DNA from: Macrostomum hystrix
Taxonomy: Eukaryota; Animalia; Platyhelminthes
Reading direction: 5' to 3'
Assembly: GCA_950097015.1 (NCBI GenBank)
Contig: CATNEN010000002.1
Span: forward strand, 4,340,001-4,404,000
DNA: 64,000 nucleotides
Shown here: in pieces, positions 1 through 11,189 of the stretch
How the letters are laid out: every line of letters starts with the position of its first letter
Position numbering within the stretch: position 1 is the first letter of the stretch
The notes under the pieces: model-generated
Told to the model about the DNA's origin: nothing
Seen by the model: the letters and a program-made list of their open reading frames with translations, nothing else
Database searches by the model: none
Made by a program: the position numbers and the translations under genes

Positions 1-591
1 ACTATCAGCCAAAGCTTTCAGCATCATCGCCAGCTTCATCACAGTCAGCGGCAGCAGCAGCAGCAGCAGCAGCAGTCATCTCCTTTGCCTAGCAGAAGCA
101 GGGTTCATCACTCAGACATTGTTGCAGTCAGCAGCAGCAATAGAATTCTGACTGCCTACACTGTGACGAGCTCTACTAAGCGAAGGACTTCTAATCAGCA
201 TCGGTCAGATAGTCATGCAGCAGAATCATCTAACTACCTCAATCTTCACTGTTACATTTTCATTGTTTTAATTATCTTCACCACGTCTAGCCAAGTTGCA
301 TTTGTAAATCTTTTGATTTTTGTCGTCACTTAAATAAGTACTTTTACTAGTAGTAGATTTGCATGCACTACATTTTTTTGTTTAGAAATTAAGCATTAAA
401 CTTATCTATATACTCGTATATATGCGTAGTTTCTTGTTTTAATCATAAAAAAATTGTTTAAACTTATTTTCCACTTCCTACAGCAATGTGTCGCCTACAT
501 CAAGACAGCAGCAACAGCAACAGCAGCAGCAGCATTACCGGTCGCACAGTCCGTCTGGAAGATATCAGCAAGAGCATGATGCTTGATCATC
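1..591 (+). other. Possible 3' end of a Gln/His/Ser-rich gene entering from the left edge
   Basis: Frame open from 1 to 333 with a poly-Q tract. Pyrimidine-rich acceptor ttccacttcctacag at 483 is followed by a second CAG-rich stretch ending in TGA near 591. No recognisable domain and splice phase not resolved. Confidence 0.2.
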
Positions 592-707
592 ATCGACTGA
601 TTGTTTACCAAATATACTATTATTTCAACTTATTTTTGTTACTAATTTAGTAACGTACTGACTGACTATACAGCCTAGAAACTTCATAAATGAAAGTTAA
701 ATAAAAT

Positions 708-1245
708 GGGATCGATCGAAGTATCGATTAGTCTTAGTAACGATAGAAATATAGACTAGTCTTTGTATCGACCGAAATATGGACTGGTCTTTGTATCGAC
801 CGAAATATGGACTGGTCTTTGTTATCGATCGAAATATGGACTGGTCTTTGTATCGACCGAAATATGGACTGGTCTTTGTTATCGATCGAAATATGGACTG
901 GTCTTTGTTATCGATCGAAATATGGACTGGTCTTTGTTATCGATCGAAATATGGACTGGTCTTTGTTATCGATCGAAATATGGACTGGTCTTTGTATCGA
1001 TCGAAGTATCGATTAGTTTTTGTGTAGATCGAAATATGGACTGGTCTTTGTATCGATCAAAAATTGGACTGGTCTTTGTATCGATCGAAGTATCGATTAG
1101 TCTTTGTGTAGATCGAAATATAGACTGGTCTTTGTATCGATCGAAATATAGACTAGTCTTTGTGTAGATCGAAATATGGACTGGTCTTTGTATCGATCGA
1201 AATATGGACTTTGCATCGAAATATCGATCGAAATATCGATTAGTC
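708..1245. repeat. Minisatellite, 27-28 bp unit (atcgatcgaaatatggactggtctttgt)
   Basis: Direct tandem copies read from the sequence; explains ORFs 763-1286. Confidence 0.9.
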
Positions 1246-2096
1246 TTTGAAACAATTAAGATATCGAGTAGATTATATTGTATCAATCGATAAGTTGATT
1301 GATTACTTTTATTAATATAAGGATGTGCTAATTAATACTGTCTCATTTAAACCATTTTATTTCAACTTTATTTTCCGTCCTTCTAAACTATTACATCATT
1401 TAACACGTGCATCACAATTTAACTAAGATGTGAATCATTTATTTACAGTTTTCGGATATTTTGCTGTCAGATCATTCTAGCCCTATTTTGTTTTTCAATT
1501 TTTTTATTTACTAGCAATTTTTGTGTGTCCCTGTTTACTTTAATCTACATCATTCTTGTATTTTCGTCACAAATACCTAAATTTGCGTTACATCCTACTA
1601 ACCAAAACATTGTCAGTAGGCCTTTAAGCAAATCTCTTCCTCCTTTATTATTTCCGCAGACGGGTTCTGCTGTCTTATCCGAAACTAAGCGATTTAATTC
1701 CGTCCTTTGAACATTTTCTAGTAGCAACTTTTTCTTACAAATATAAATATGCAATTTATTTTATATTCTTGTTTCATTTTCCTCTTTAATATATTAAAAA
1801 GCTTTCTAAGCATTGTAGGAGAACATTTTTAATGTAAAAACATTTATTAAGGTGCGAAAGTAAAAATGTACTTTTAAGCTATTAGCTAGAAAACTGTCGC
1901 TGTGATTGGAGAACATTTTGTACTGTTCTGCGAGTGGCCTCTTTTAAAACATTTCCAAAATAAAATTTGTGCTTGCATGCACTGCATTGCTATTCGCTTA
2001 CCTGGCCTTCGACTTATTATTGGTATTGAATAAGTTTTTAATTTATTCACAAATCATTTTATTCAATTACTGTCTTTATCACAGATTACACACGTC

Positions 2097-2940
2097 AATC
2101 TCACATTCTACCTGATAATCTCACATCCTACCTGGTAATCTCACATTCTACCTGATAATCTCACATTCTACCTGATAATCTCACAATCTACCTGATAATC
2201 TCACATTCTACCTGAAAATCTCACATTCTACCTGATAATCTCACATTCTACCTGATAATCTCACATTCTACCTGATAATCTCACAATCTACCTCATAATC
2301 TCACATTCTACCTGATAATCTCACAATCTACCTGATAATCTCACATCCTACCTGATAATCTCACAATCTACCTGATAATATCACATTCTGCCTGATAATC
2401 TCACATTCTACCTGATAATCTCACATCCTACCTGATAATCCCACATTCAACCTAATATCTACCTGATAATCTCACATTCTACTTGTTAATCTCACATTCT
2501 ACCTGATAATCTCACAATCTACCTGATAATCTCACATCCTGCCTGATAATCTCACAATCTACCTGATAATATCACATTCTGCCTAATAATCTCACATTCT
2601 ACCTGATAATCTCACATCCTACCTGATAATCTCACATTTAACCTGATAATCTCACTTCCTACCTGATAATCTCACAATCTACCTCATAATCTCACATTCT
2701 ACCTGATAATCTCACAATCTACCTGATAATCTCACATCCTACCTGATAATCTCACAATCTACCTGATAATATCACATTCTGCCTGATAATCTCACATTCT
2801 ACCTGATAATCTCACGCACTACGTGATAACCTCACACTCTACCTGTTAATCTCACATTCTATCAGCAATTTTCTCACTCCACCTGTAATTATCACACTAC
2901 ACCTTCATTTATCACACTACACCTGGATTTATCACACTCC
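2097..2940. repeat. Minisatellite, 20 bp unit (aatctcacattctacctgat)
   Basis: About 40 tandem copies, degenerating at the right end. Confidence 0.95.
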
Positions 2941-2971
2941 ACATGTGACTAAATCTTGCCTCAGCTTCAGC

Positions 2972-3709
2972 ATGACCTCGGGCGCTGCGGCAGTATCCGA
3001 GTTGTTTCTATTCGCCGGAGCAGCTTTCAGTCGTCTAGCAGAGCAGACCACGCTGGCCCTTCAAACAGACGAGGACAACAGCGGCCGGTTGAAATGGACC
3101 AGCGCCGAGTTGCAGATGCTGCGTGACTGTGTCGCCAAATACGGCCACAGCGACCTGGCTCGAGTTGCTGAAACGCTGCGCACCAAATCTGTACACCAGA
3201 TCAAGGCTCAGATGCGCCGTTCCCAGCTGCTGCCCGCTCGTCGACCCGCCGTCGGCGTCAAGACGTCCGCCATCGGCTCACCCGATGCCTCGGCTTCGTT
3301 GAAGCCTCACAGTGAAGACAACAATGATGATGAGGAAGAAGAAGAAGAAGAAGAAGACGAGGATGTCGAGGATGAGCCGAAGTCACTAGTTGACGATGCC
3401 GACGGACCTTCGACGAGAAAGATGCCCAAACTGGAGGCTGCCAGCGATGATATCATTCAGCAGGATGTGCAGGATGCTGACGAGGCTAGCCGGACTCCGG
3501 TGCCGCCGCCGCCGCCTCTCGCCGGCTTGGACTCTGAGCTGGAGGACGACCTGGTCAAGAAGGAATCGGCGACATCCTCGGAGGCTGGCCTGGCCAACCA
3601 GGATGATGCCGCTGATGATGATGACAACGAGTTGCAGCAGCAGGAGTCGCTATTGGAGGAAGGAACTGACGCTGACGATGTGCCCGAAGATGTGGACGAA
3701 CTTATTTAA
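2972..3709 (+). CDS. BAP18: BAP18 / C17orf49-like SANT(Myb)-domain chromatin complex subunit with acidic C-terminal extension, 245 aa, single coding exon
   Basis: MTSGAAAVSELFLFAGAAFSRLAEQ...KWTSAELQMLRDCVAKYG...TKSVHQIKAQMRR aligns by eye with the human BAP18 N-terminus (MTSASTKVGEIFSAAGAAFTKLGEL...KWTETEIEMLRAAVKRFG...RTVAQIK). True ATG is at 2972; the track ORF starts at GTG 2945. Confidence 0.88.
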   Translation: MTSGAAAVSELFLFAGAAFSRLAEQTTLALQTDEDNSGRLKWTSAELQMLRDCVAKYGHSDLARVAETLRTKSVHQIKAQMRRSQLLPARRPAVGVKTSAIGSPDASASLKPHSEDNNDDEEEEEEEEDEDVEDEPKSLVDDADGPSTRKMPKLEAASDDIIQQDVQDADEASRTPVPPPPPLAGLDSELEDDLVKKESATSSEAGLANQDDAADDDDNELQQQESLLEEGTDADDVPEDVDELI

Positions 3710-4223
3710 AATTTCATTCGGCGCGCCGAGTCTTGGTTGCGAAAAAATGCTTGAGCAGTAAAAATACCACACCACACTATTTTCTCCCCTAAGGAAAGAC
3801 CAAAGGGGCTCACGATAGCTCCCAAACCAATTGACCGATTTTAAAATACTAGTTACCGTACTCTTAGTATAAAGATAGTTAAGCAGAATTAAAATAACGT
3901 TGAACCTCTGCTGAAACGAAGCAAATTAACGGATTAAAAAAGTAACGCTTTTTCGTATTTACCTAAAACCTGAAAAATTAACGATAGCTGTTGCAAAAAG
4001 TTTGTCTTGTAACTTTGTAATAATTTGTAAAACATTTTTAATTTGTATAACCAGTACTATTGCCGTAGTTTCGCATATTATGTCCTTCTTATGGATGCAA
4101 TGCATTTTTTAAATTAATCGCTAATTACTCAACGTTTTAGGCAGCATTTCGTATGTGGCTTTGTTTAAATAAACTTCAATGAACTAACACTTGTCTGCAA
4201 TAAATACATGATATATATGATAT

Positions 4224-5423
4224 ACAGTCGATTCTCGAGTTCCGTTAAGTTACTTCAGTCGATTCTCGAGTTCCGTTAAGTTACTCCAGTCGATTCTCGA
4301 GTTCCGTTAAGTTACTCCAGTCGATTCTCGAGTTCCGTTAAGTTACTTACTCCAGTCGATTCTCGAGTTCCGTTAAGTTACTCCAGTCGATTCTCGAGTT
4401 CCGTTAAGTTACTCCAGTCGATTCTCGAGTTCCGTTAAGTTACTCCAGTCGATTCTCGAGTTCCGTTAAGTTACTCCAGTCGATTCTCGAGTTCCGTTAA
4501 GTTACTTCAGTCGATTCTCGAGTTCCGTTAAGTTACTTCAGTCGATTCTTGAGTTCCGTTAAGTTACTTCAGTCGATTCTCGAGTTCTCTTAAGTTCCGT
4601 TAAGTTCCTTTAAGCATGCCTCACCCCTCTGGCTTTGAGTGGCAATATAGCCAGCTTGTCAACTTGGGCCATTGCGGTACCCAACTCACTTCCTGCTAGA
4701 AATGTGCACCTGAATACTTCAGTCGATTCTCGAGTTCCGTTAAGTTGCTCCAGTCGATTCTCGAGTTCCGTTAAGTTACTCCAGTCGATTCTCGAGTTCC
4801 GTTAAGTTACTCCAGTCGATTCTCGAGTTCCGTTAAGTTACTCCAGTCGATTCTCGAGTTCCGTTAAGTTACTCCAGTCGATTCTCGAGTTCCGTTAAGT
4901 TACTTACTCCAGTCGATTCTCGAGTTCCGTTAAGTTACTCCAGTCGATTCTCGAGTTCCGTTAAGTTACTCCAGTCGATTCTCGAGTTCCGTTAAGTTAC
5001 TCCAGTCGATTCTTGAGTTCCGTTAAGTTCCGTTAAGTTCCTTTAAGCATGCCTGACCCCTCTGGCTTTGAGTGGCAATATAGCCAGCTTGTCAACTTGG
5101 GCCATTGCGGTACCCAACTCACTTCCTGCTAGAAATGTGCACCTGAATACTTCAGTCGATTCTCGAGTTCCGTTAAGTTACTTCAGTCGATTCTCGAGTT
5201 CCGTTAAGTTACTCCAGTCGATTCTCGAGTTCCGTTAAGTTACTTCAGTCGATTCTCGAGTTCCGTTAAGTTGCTCCAGTCGATTCTCGAGTTCCGTTAA
5301 GTTACTTCAGTCGATTCTCGAGTTCGGTTAAGTTACTCCAGTCGATTCTCGAGTTCCGTTAAGTTACTTCAGTCGATTCTCGAGTTCCGTTAAGTTACTC
5401 CAGTCGATTCTCGAGTTCGGTTA
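4224..5423. repeat. Minisatellite, 31 bp unit (cagtcgattctcgagttccgttaagttactc), interrupted twice by a 101-bp insert
   Basis: Direct tandem copies; inserts at 4612-4712 and 5045-5145. Confidence 0.95.
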
Positions 5424-5999
5424 CTTGCCTATTTACTGCTATCGCCCGAAAATGGTACTGAGTATGGGAAAATGCTCAGAATAATTATTCTCCGGATCAG
5501 AATCGACACTTCAGTTGGCAGCCAGACAGATAAAGAAAAAAAATCTGTTTATCTCTAGGTCTGGAATAAATATTGCGAGCTACAAAGGTCAATAGTAGGC
5601 CAGATAAAATTGAGTACTATAAGACACTGGGGGATATGAGTGACACATGTGGTACTGAGTTGGACTCAAAAAAGCATGCCTGACCCCTCTGGCTTTGAGT
5701 GGCAATATAGCCAGCTTGTCAACTTGGGCCATTGCTGTACCCAACTCACTTCCTGCTAGAAATGTGCACCTGCTTGACTCTGGCCTATTTTATTTTACAA
5801 CAATATTAAGTCTTCAATAAGTGCCGTAAGAACACGCTAATTATGATCCCTAAGTTCCTTTAAAATTACTCACTTTAGTTTTTAATTATCGGTTCCTAAC
5901 TTTCCATCTAGTAATAATGTTCTGTTAAAATTACTCTTGATTCTCAAGTTCCGTTAAAAAATTGTTTTAAAAAAGAAATTCCGGTAAATTTCTCTGCTT

Positions 6000-6830
6000 A
6001 CTACTCAATTTCCGTTAAAATTACAGTCGTGATACTCAAGTTCCGTTAAAATTACTGTACTTATACTCAAGTTCCGTTAAAATTACTGTCCTGATACTCA
6101 AGTTCCGTTAAAATTACTGTCCTGATACTTAAGTTCCGTTAAAATTACTGTCCTGATACTCAAGTTCCGTTAAAATTACAGTCCTGATACTCAAGTTCCG
6201 TTAAAATTACTGTCCTGATACTCAAGTTCCGTTAAAATTACTGTCCTGATACTTAAGTTCCGTTAAAATTACTGACCTGATACTCAAGTTCCGTTAAAAT
6301 TACAGTCCTGATACTCAAGTTCCGTTAAAATTACAGTCCTGATACTCAAGTTCCGTTAAAATTACAGTCCTGATACTCAAGTTCCGTTAAAATTACTGTC
6401 CTGATACTCAAGTTCCGTTAAAATTACTGTCCTGATACTCAAGTTCCGTTAAAATTACTGTCCTGATACTTAAGTTCCGTTAAAATTACTGTCCTGATAC
6501 TTAAGTTCCGTTAAAATTACTGTCCTGATACTTAAGTTCCGTTAAAATTACTGTCCTGATACTTAAGTTCCGTTAAAATTACTGTCCTGATACTTAAGTT
6601 CCGTTAAAATTACTGTCCTGATACTCAAGTTCCGTTAAAATTACTGTCCTGATACTCAAGTTCCGTTAAAATTACAGTCCTGATAGTCCTGATACTCAAG
6701 TTCCGTTAAAATTACAGTCCTGATACTCAAGTTCCGTTAAAATTACAGTCCTGATACTCAAGTTCCGTTAAAATTACTCCTGAGATCCCCAAGTTCCGCT
6801 AAAGTTACTCCCTCTGGTACTCAAGCTCCG
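6000..6830. repeat. Minisatellite, 31 bp unit (ctgatactcaagttccgttaaaattactgtc), sister of the 4224-5423 unit
   Basis: Shares the core ctc(g/a)agttccgttaa with the upstream array. Confidence 0.95.
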
Positions 6831-7427
6831 TTAAAATGGCACTCTCATTTCGTTAAAATAATTTGTTTTAAAAAAGAAATTCCGCTAAATATCTCCCGTT
6901 GCTAGTCGAGTAAAACAGTCGCAGGCTTTGCTTTTAAACTGGTGCTGTTTGTTGTCTAGTCTGGTCCCAATGTCCCTAGGGACGACTTGCTGACTAGGAA
7001 ATCGGTGCGAGCTGACTTCGCGCGCTCTGTGAAGCTGTGAGTAAGTGAGAAGCGAGAGGGCAACGGCTCTCCCGTGTCGTAGGAAATCACGGATGGCCAC
7101 CATAGCAACTAACTATAGCAATCGCGTAGTTGAGCTGGCTGTGCTAATTGCTACTCAATTTTATCTCGACACGATCATTGCGGAGGCGTTCGGGGGGAAT
7201 GCGTGGACCAACTATACAAGCGATGCAGTTCTGAGAGAATTTGAGATGATATTTGAGTCGAAACATTGACAAGTAAAGAGAGACCCAATTAGGGTTTGGA
7301 TAAAAAATCCGTGCAATGTGACCCAGGAGGAAGAATGGCCGAGTTTGAAACTCATCTGATTCAATTCGAGTCTCCGAGCCAATATTGAGCAGTGCTTGGT
7401 GTGCGGCACAAACTGCATTTTCAGGCG

Positions 7428-7800
7428 ATTCAGAGACTCAGGGGACTGTCAGAGAGATTCAGGGGACTGTCAGAGAGATTCAGGGGACTGTCAGAGAGAT
7501 TCAGGGGACTGTCAGAGAGATTCAGGGGACTGTCAGACAGAGACTCAGGGGACTGTCAGAGAGATTCAGGGGACTGTCAGAGAGATTCAGGGGACTGTCA
7601 GAGAGATTCAGGGGACTGTCAGAGAGATTCAGGGGACTGTCAGAGAGATTCAGGGGACTGTCAGAGAGATTCAGGGGACTGTCAGAGAGATTCAGGGGAC
7701 TGTCAGAGAGATTCAGGGGACTGTCAGACAGAGACTCAGGGGACTGTCAGAGAGAGATTCAGGGGACTGTCAGAGAGATTCAGGGGACTGTCAGAAAGAG
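7428..7800. repeat. Minisatellite, 21 bp unit (gagagattcaggggactgtca)
   Basis: Direct tandem copies; explains ORFs 7385-7833. Confidence 0.95.
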
Positions 7801-8177
7801 ATTAGGGGAAAAAGCATTCTAGTCAAGCCCTAGTCACTGCTTCGCTTTTCAAATAGCCGCCTGTTACTTGCTCCAGTCTAGCTCAGGTTGAGTCGTTGGG
7901 GCGGCCCCCTTTCCCAGTCCGACGTGCTCGTGTGTGGAGGCGGTGTCCGCCCAGCCCCCCCATCAGGGCGAGCGCGAGGAGTCGAGATTAAAGACAACCG
8001 GAGAGTGAAAGACCACGCGGAGGCGGGCAGTGCCTGCCGGTAGGGCGGGTGTGTCTGGGCATTCATTATTCAGCAGCAGCAGCCAGAAAAGAGAAATATT
8101 TCTAGCGGAGGCTCATATTGCTTTGCTTTCATCTGCTTTAGCACCTCTTCTTTCACTTGGATATAGACTGTTGCATC

Positions 8178-8180
8178 TGC

Positions 8181-8211
<31 letters not shown>

Positions 8212-8252
8212 TCTGCTGCTGCTTCTGCTGCTGCTTCTGCTGCTGCTTCTGC

Positions 8253-8327
<75 letters not shown>

Positions 8328-8473
8328 CGCTGCTGCTTCTGCTGCTGCTGCCGCTGCTGCTTCTGCTGCTGCTGCCGCTGCTGCTTCTGCTGCTTCTGCT
8401 GCTGCTTCTGTTGCTGCTGCCGCTACTGCTTCTGCTGCTGCTGCTGCTGCTTCTGTTGCTGCTGCTGCTGCTG
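8178..8473. repeat. (CTG)n triplet tract with CTT/CCG interruptions
   Basis: Read directly. Confidence 0.9.
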
Positions 8474-8744
8474 ATACTCGTATAGCCTCGTCGTAATCCA
8501 TAATTTCATAAATTTCACTATCCAAAGAATGACAAATCTGATCTAAAGGAATCGGAACGGCTAAAGATTTATTGACAGCAAAGCAACTCTTGCCTTCAGG
8601 GAGTCGCCGGGGTGTGTGAGGGATGAATCAGAGATTCGTCAATTATTTATAAGCAATCGAACATGGTGCTGGACACTGAGAGCTTGAACAGAGCTAACAC
8701 AATGGAAACATAATAACTTATCTAATTAAAGGATGAGATTCTTA

Positions 8745-9648
8745 GAGAGGGTGAGATTCTTAGAGAGGGTGAGATTCTTAGTGTAGGTGAGATTCTTAGA
8801 GTAGGTGAGATTCTTAGAGAGGGTGAGATTCTTAGAGAGGGTGAGATTCTTAGAGTAGGTGAGATTCTTAGAGAGGGTGAGATTCTTAGAGTAGGTGAGA
8901 TTCTTAAAGAGGGTGAGATTCTTAGAGTAGGTGAGATTCTTAGAGAGGTGAGATTCTTAGAGTAGGTGAGATTCTTAGAGAGGGTGAGATTCTTAGAGAG
9001 GGTGAGATTCTTAGAGAGGTGAGATTCTTAGAGAGGGTGAGATTCTTAGAGAGCTGAGATTCTTAGAGAGCTGAGATTCTTAGAGAGGGTGAGATTCTTA
9101 GAGAGGGTGAGATTCTTAGAAAGGGTGAGATTCTTAGAGTAGGTGAGATTCTTAGAGAGGTGAGATTCTTAGAGAGGGTGAGATTCTTAGAGAGGGTGAG
9201 ATTCTTAGAAAGGGTGAGATTCTTAGAGAGCTGAGATTCTTAGAGAGGTGAGATTCTTAGAGAGGGTGAGATTCTTAGAGAGGGTGAGATTCTTAGAAAG
9301 GGTGAGATTCTTAGAGTAGGTGAGATTCTTAGTGTAGGTGAGATTTTTAGAGTAGGTGAGCTTCTTAGATTAGGTGAGATTCTTTGAGAGGGTGAGATTC
9401 TTAGAGAGGGTGAGATTCTTAGAGAGGGTGAGATTCTTAGAGAGGGTGAGATTCTTAGAGAGCTAAGATTCTTAGAGAGGGTGAGATTCTTAGAGAGGGT
9501 TAGATTCTTAGTGTAGGTGAGATTCTTAGAGTAGGTGAGATTCTTAGAGAGGGTGAGATTCTTAGAGAGGGTGAGATTCTTAGAGTAGGTGAGATTCTTA
9601 GAGAGGGTGAGATTCTTAGAGAGGGTGAGATTCTTAGAGAGGGTGAGA
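8745..9648. repeat. Minisatellite, 18 bp unit (gtgagattcttagagagg / gtgagattcttagagtag)
   Basis: About 50 tandem copies. Confidence 0.95.
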
Positions 9649-10299
9649 CTTTGAATGCAAAATAGAGACAACAGACTTTAAAATTACTTTACTTCACAGA
9701 CATATCGAGTCAGTCAATATGTATTTCGTTGTGAGTATATTAACCTTACTAATTATGATAGTACAAAAAGCATATTGTGGTTTTTGTACACTGTTTCTGT
9801 ATTAACATCCAGATTTTTCAATTAAGGAATGGTTTTCTTCTTCGCCACGACAAGCTTATATTGAGTCGTGCTCGTTAGATTTACTGCCTTAAACGGGTTG
9901 CATCGCGTGCAGCGGCCCAATAGGCAGCTAAGAGAAAGAGGAAATGAATTTGAGAACCTCTAAGCAAAACTCATTTCTTGCCTAGGAGCAAAGAATATGA
10001 GTTTTTTGAACTCTTAATTACAGACTGGAGTGGACAGAATTCTGTCACATGCAAGCCTGCACATGAGCACATGAGCACATGAGCTATGAGCACATGAGCC
10101 TTGCTCTGTTGTACTGTTGCTATTATTTTTGTTGTCGTTCTGCAGTTGGTTCCATGTGGAACTCAGTGCACACGACAACTATTATTGAAGACTGTGATGG
10201 ACATGTCATACACGTCTAGCTATACCACTACTGCTACTTATACTGCTACTACAACGACAACAACTACTACTACTACTAATACTACTGCTACTACTACTA

Positions 10300-10652
10300 A
10301 TAATAATAATATTTATAATAATAATTTCAGCAGGGCTGCTGGCCATGGCACATCATTTAGTGACACCAGACCCGCAGCCAGCGAGGAGGCAATTCTGCCC
10401 ATTCCGTTGACTCCTGAGCACACACGCACACAGATACCGTACACAGGCACACGCTAACACAGGCGTGTACATCTATCCTGACTTTCTCATCGTCTGGCAG
10501 TGTACACTCTCACAGCGCCTTGGAGGTTGGCCCCCAAATAGCGTAAATTGCACGCCAAGCCACCAACCAAAAAAATGTGGCCTCGCCGCGGAATCGAACT
10601 TAGGGACCTTGGTGCAAGAGGCAAACCCGGTAACCCGCTCTACCGCTCACCC
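10300..10652 (-). mobile_element. tRNA-derived SINE, family 1, near full length
   Basis: Minus strand: head with B-box-like aagttcgattcc, shared body (ccaacctccaagg...tgagaaagtcagg...ctcaggagtc...gcctcctcgctggctgcgggtc) and (ATT)n tail; inserted in an ACT microsatellite. Confidence 0.85.
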
Positions 10653-11189
10653 AACTACTAATACTACTACTACTGCTATACTACTACTGCTATACTACTA
10701 CTCAACTGCATAATGAATATTTTCCAGGTACTGTCCGCAAAGAACGCGCGATTTTATTGACGCAATCGAGTTCCTCTGGCCTATCACTGTACCTTTACGC
10801 AAATAACACGCCATTAATTGCGGAAATTAAATTGCTTCTATTAGCCTTAATTGTCTTGCGTAAACAATAGTTAGCTGAGGCGTCATAAAGATAAGTTTGT
10901 AATGTGAGTGCCGCCTTTGAAATTGCTGGAAAAGTTTTTCACGCCAAGCAACGGTGCTACTCACACAGTGGGAGCATTCAAGATATTCGGCTTCCTAGTC
11001 AAGTTACTCTACCCACTGCTGTGCCAGCAAACACTGCCTCACAGGCAGATAAGAACCTATCGAATTCAGATATTGCTTTTCGACCAGGGCTACCAACACT
11101 GAGCATTCGCCAAAAATATACTGTTGGTCTTAGCTAAATGGTTGCCAATTGTTAGGAAGAATATTTTACCGTAGCAGCACCTCTCCGCA

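Noticed and set aside
4224-5772. CRISPR-like look (31-bp repeats with intervening 101-bp segments)
   Set aside because: Repeats are mostly head-to-tail with no spacers, the inserts are identical rather than unique, there are no cas genes, and the context is eukaryotic.
6890-8070. LTR retrotransposon or gene fragment in the GC-richer segments around the 21-bp array
   Set aside because: Short ORFs with no recognisable gag, pol or other motif, and no paired LTR or PBS found.
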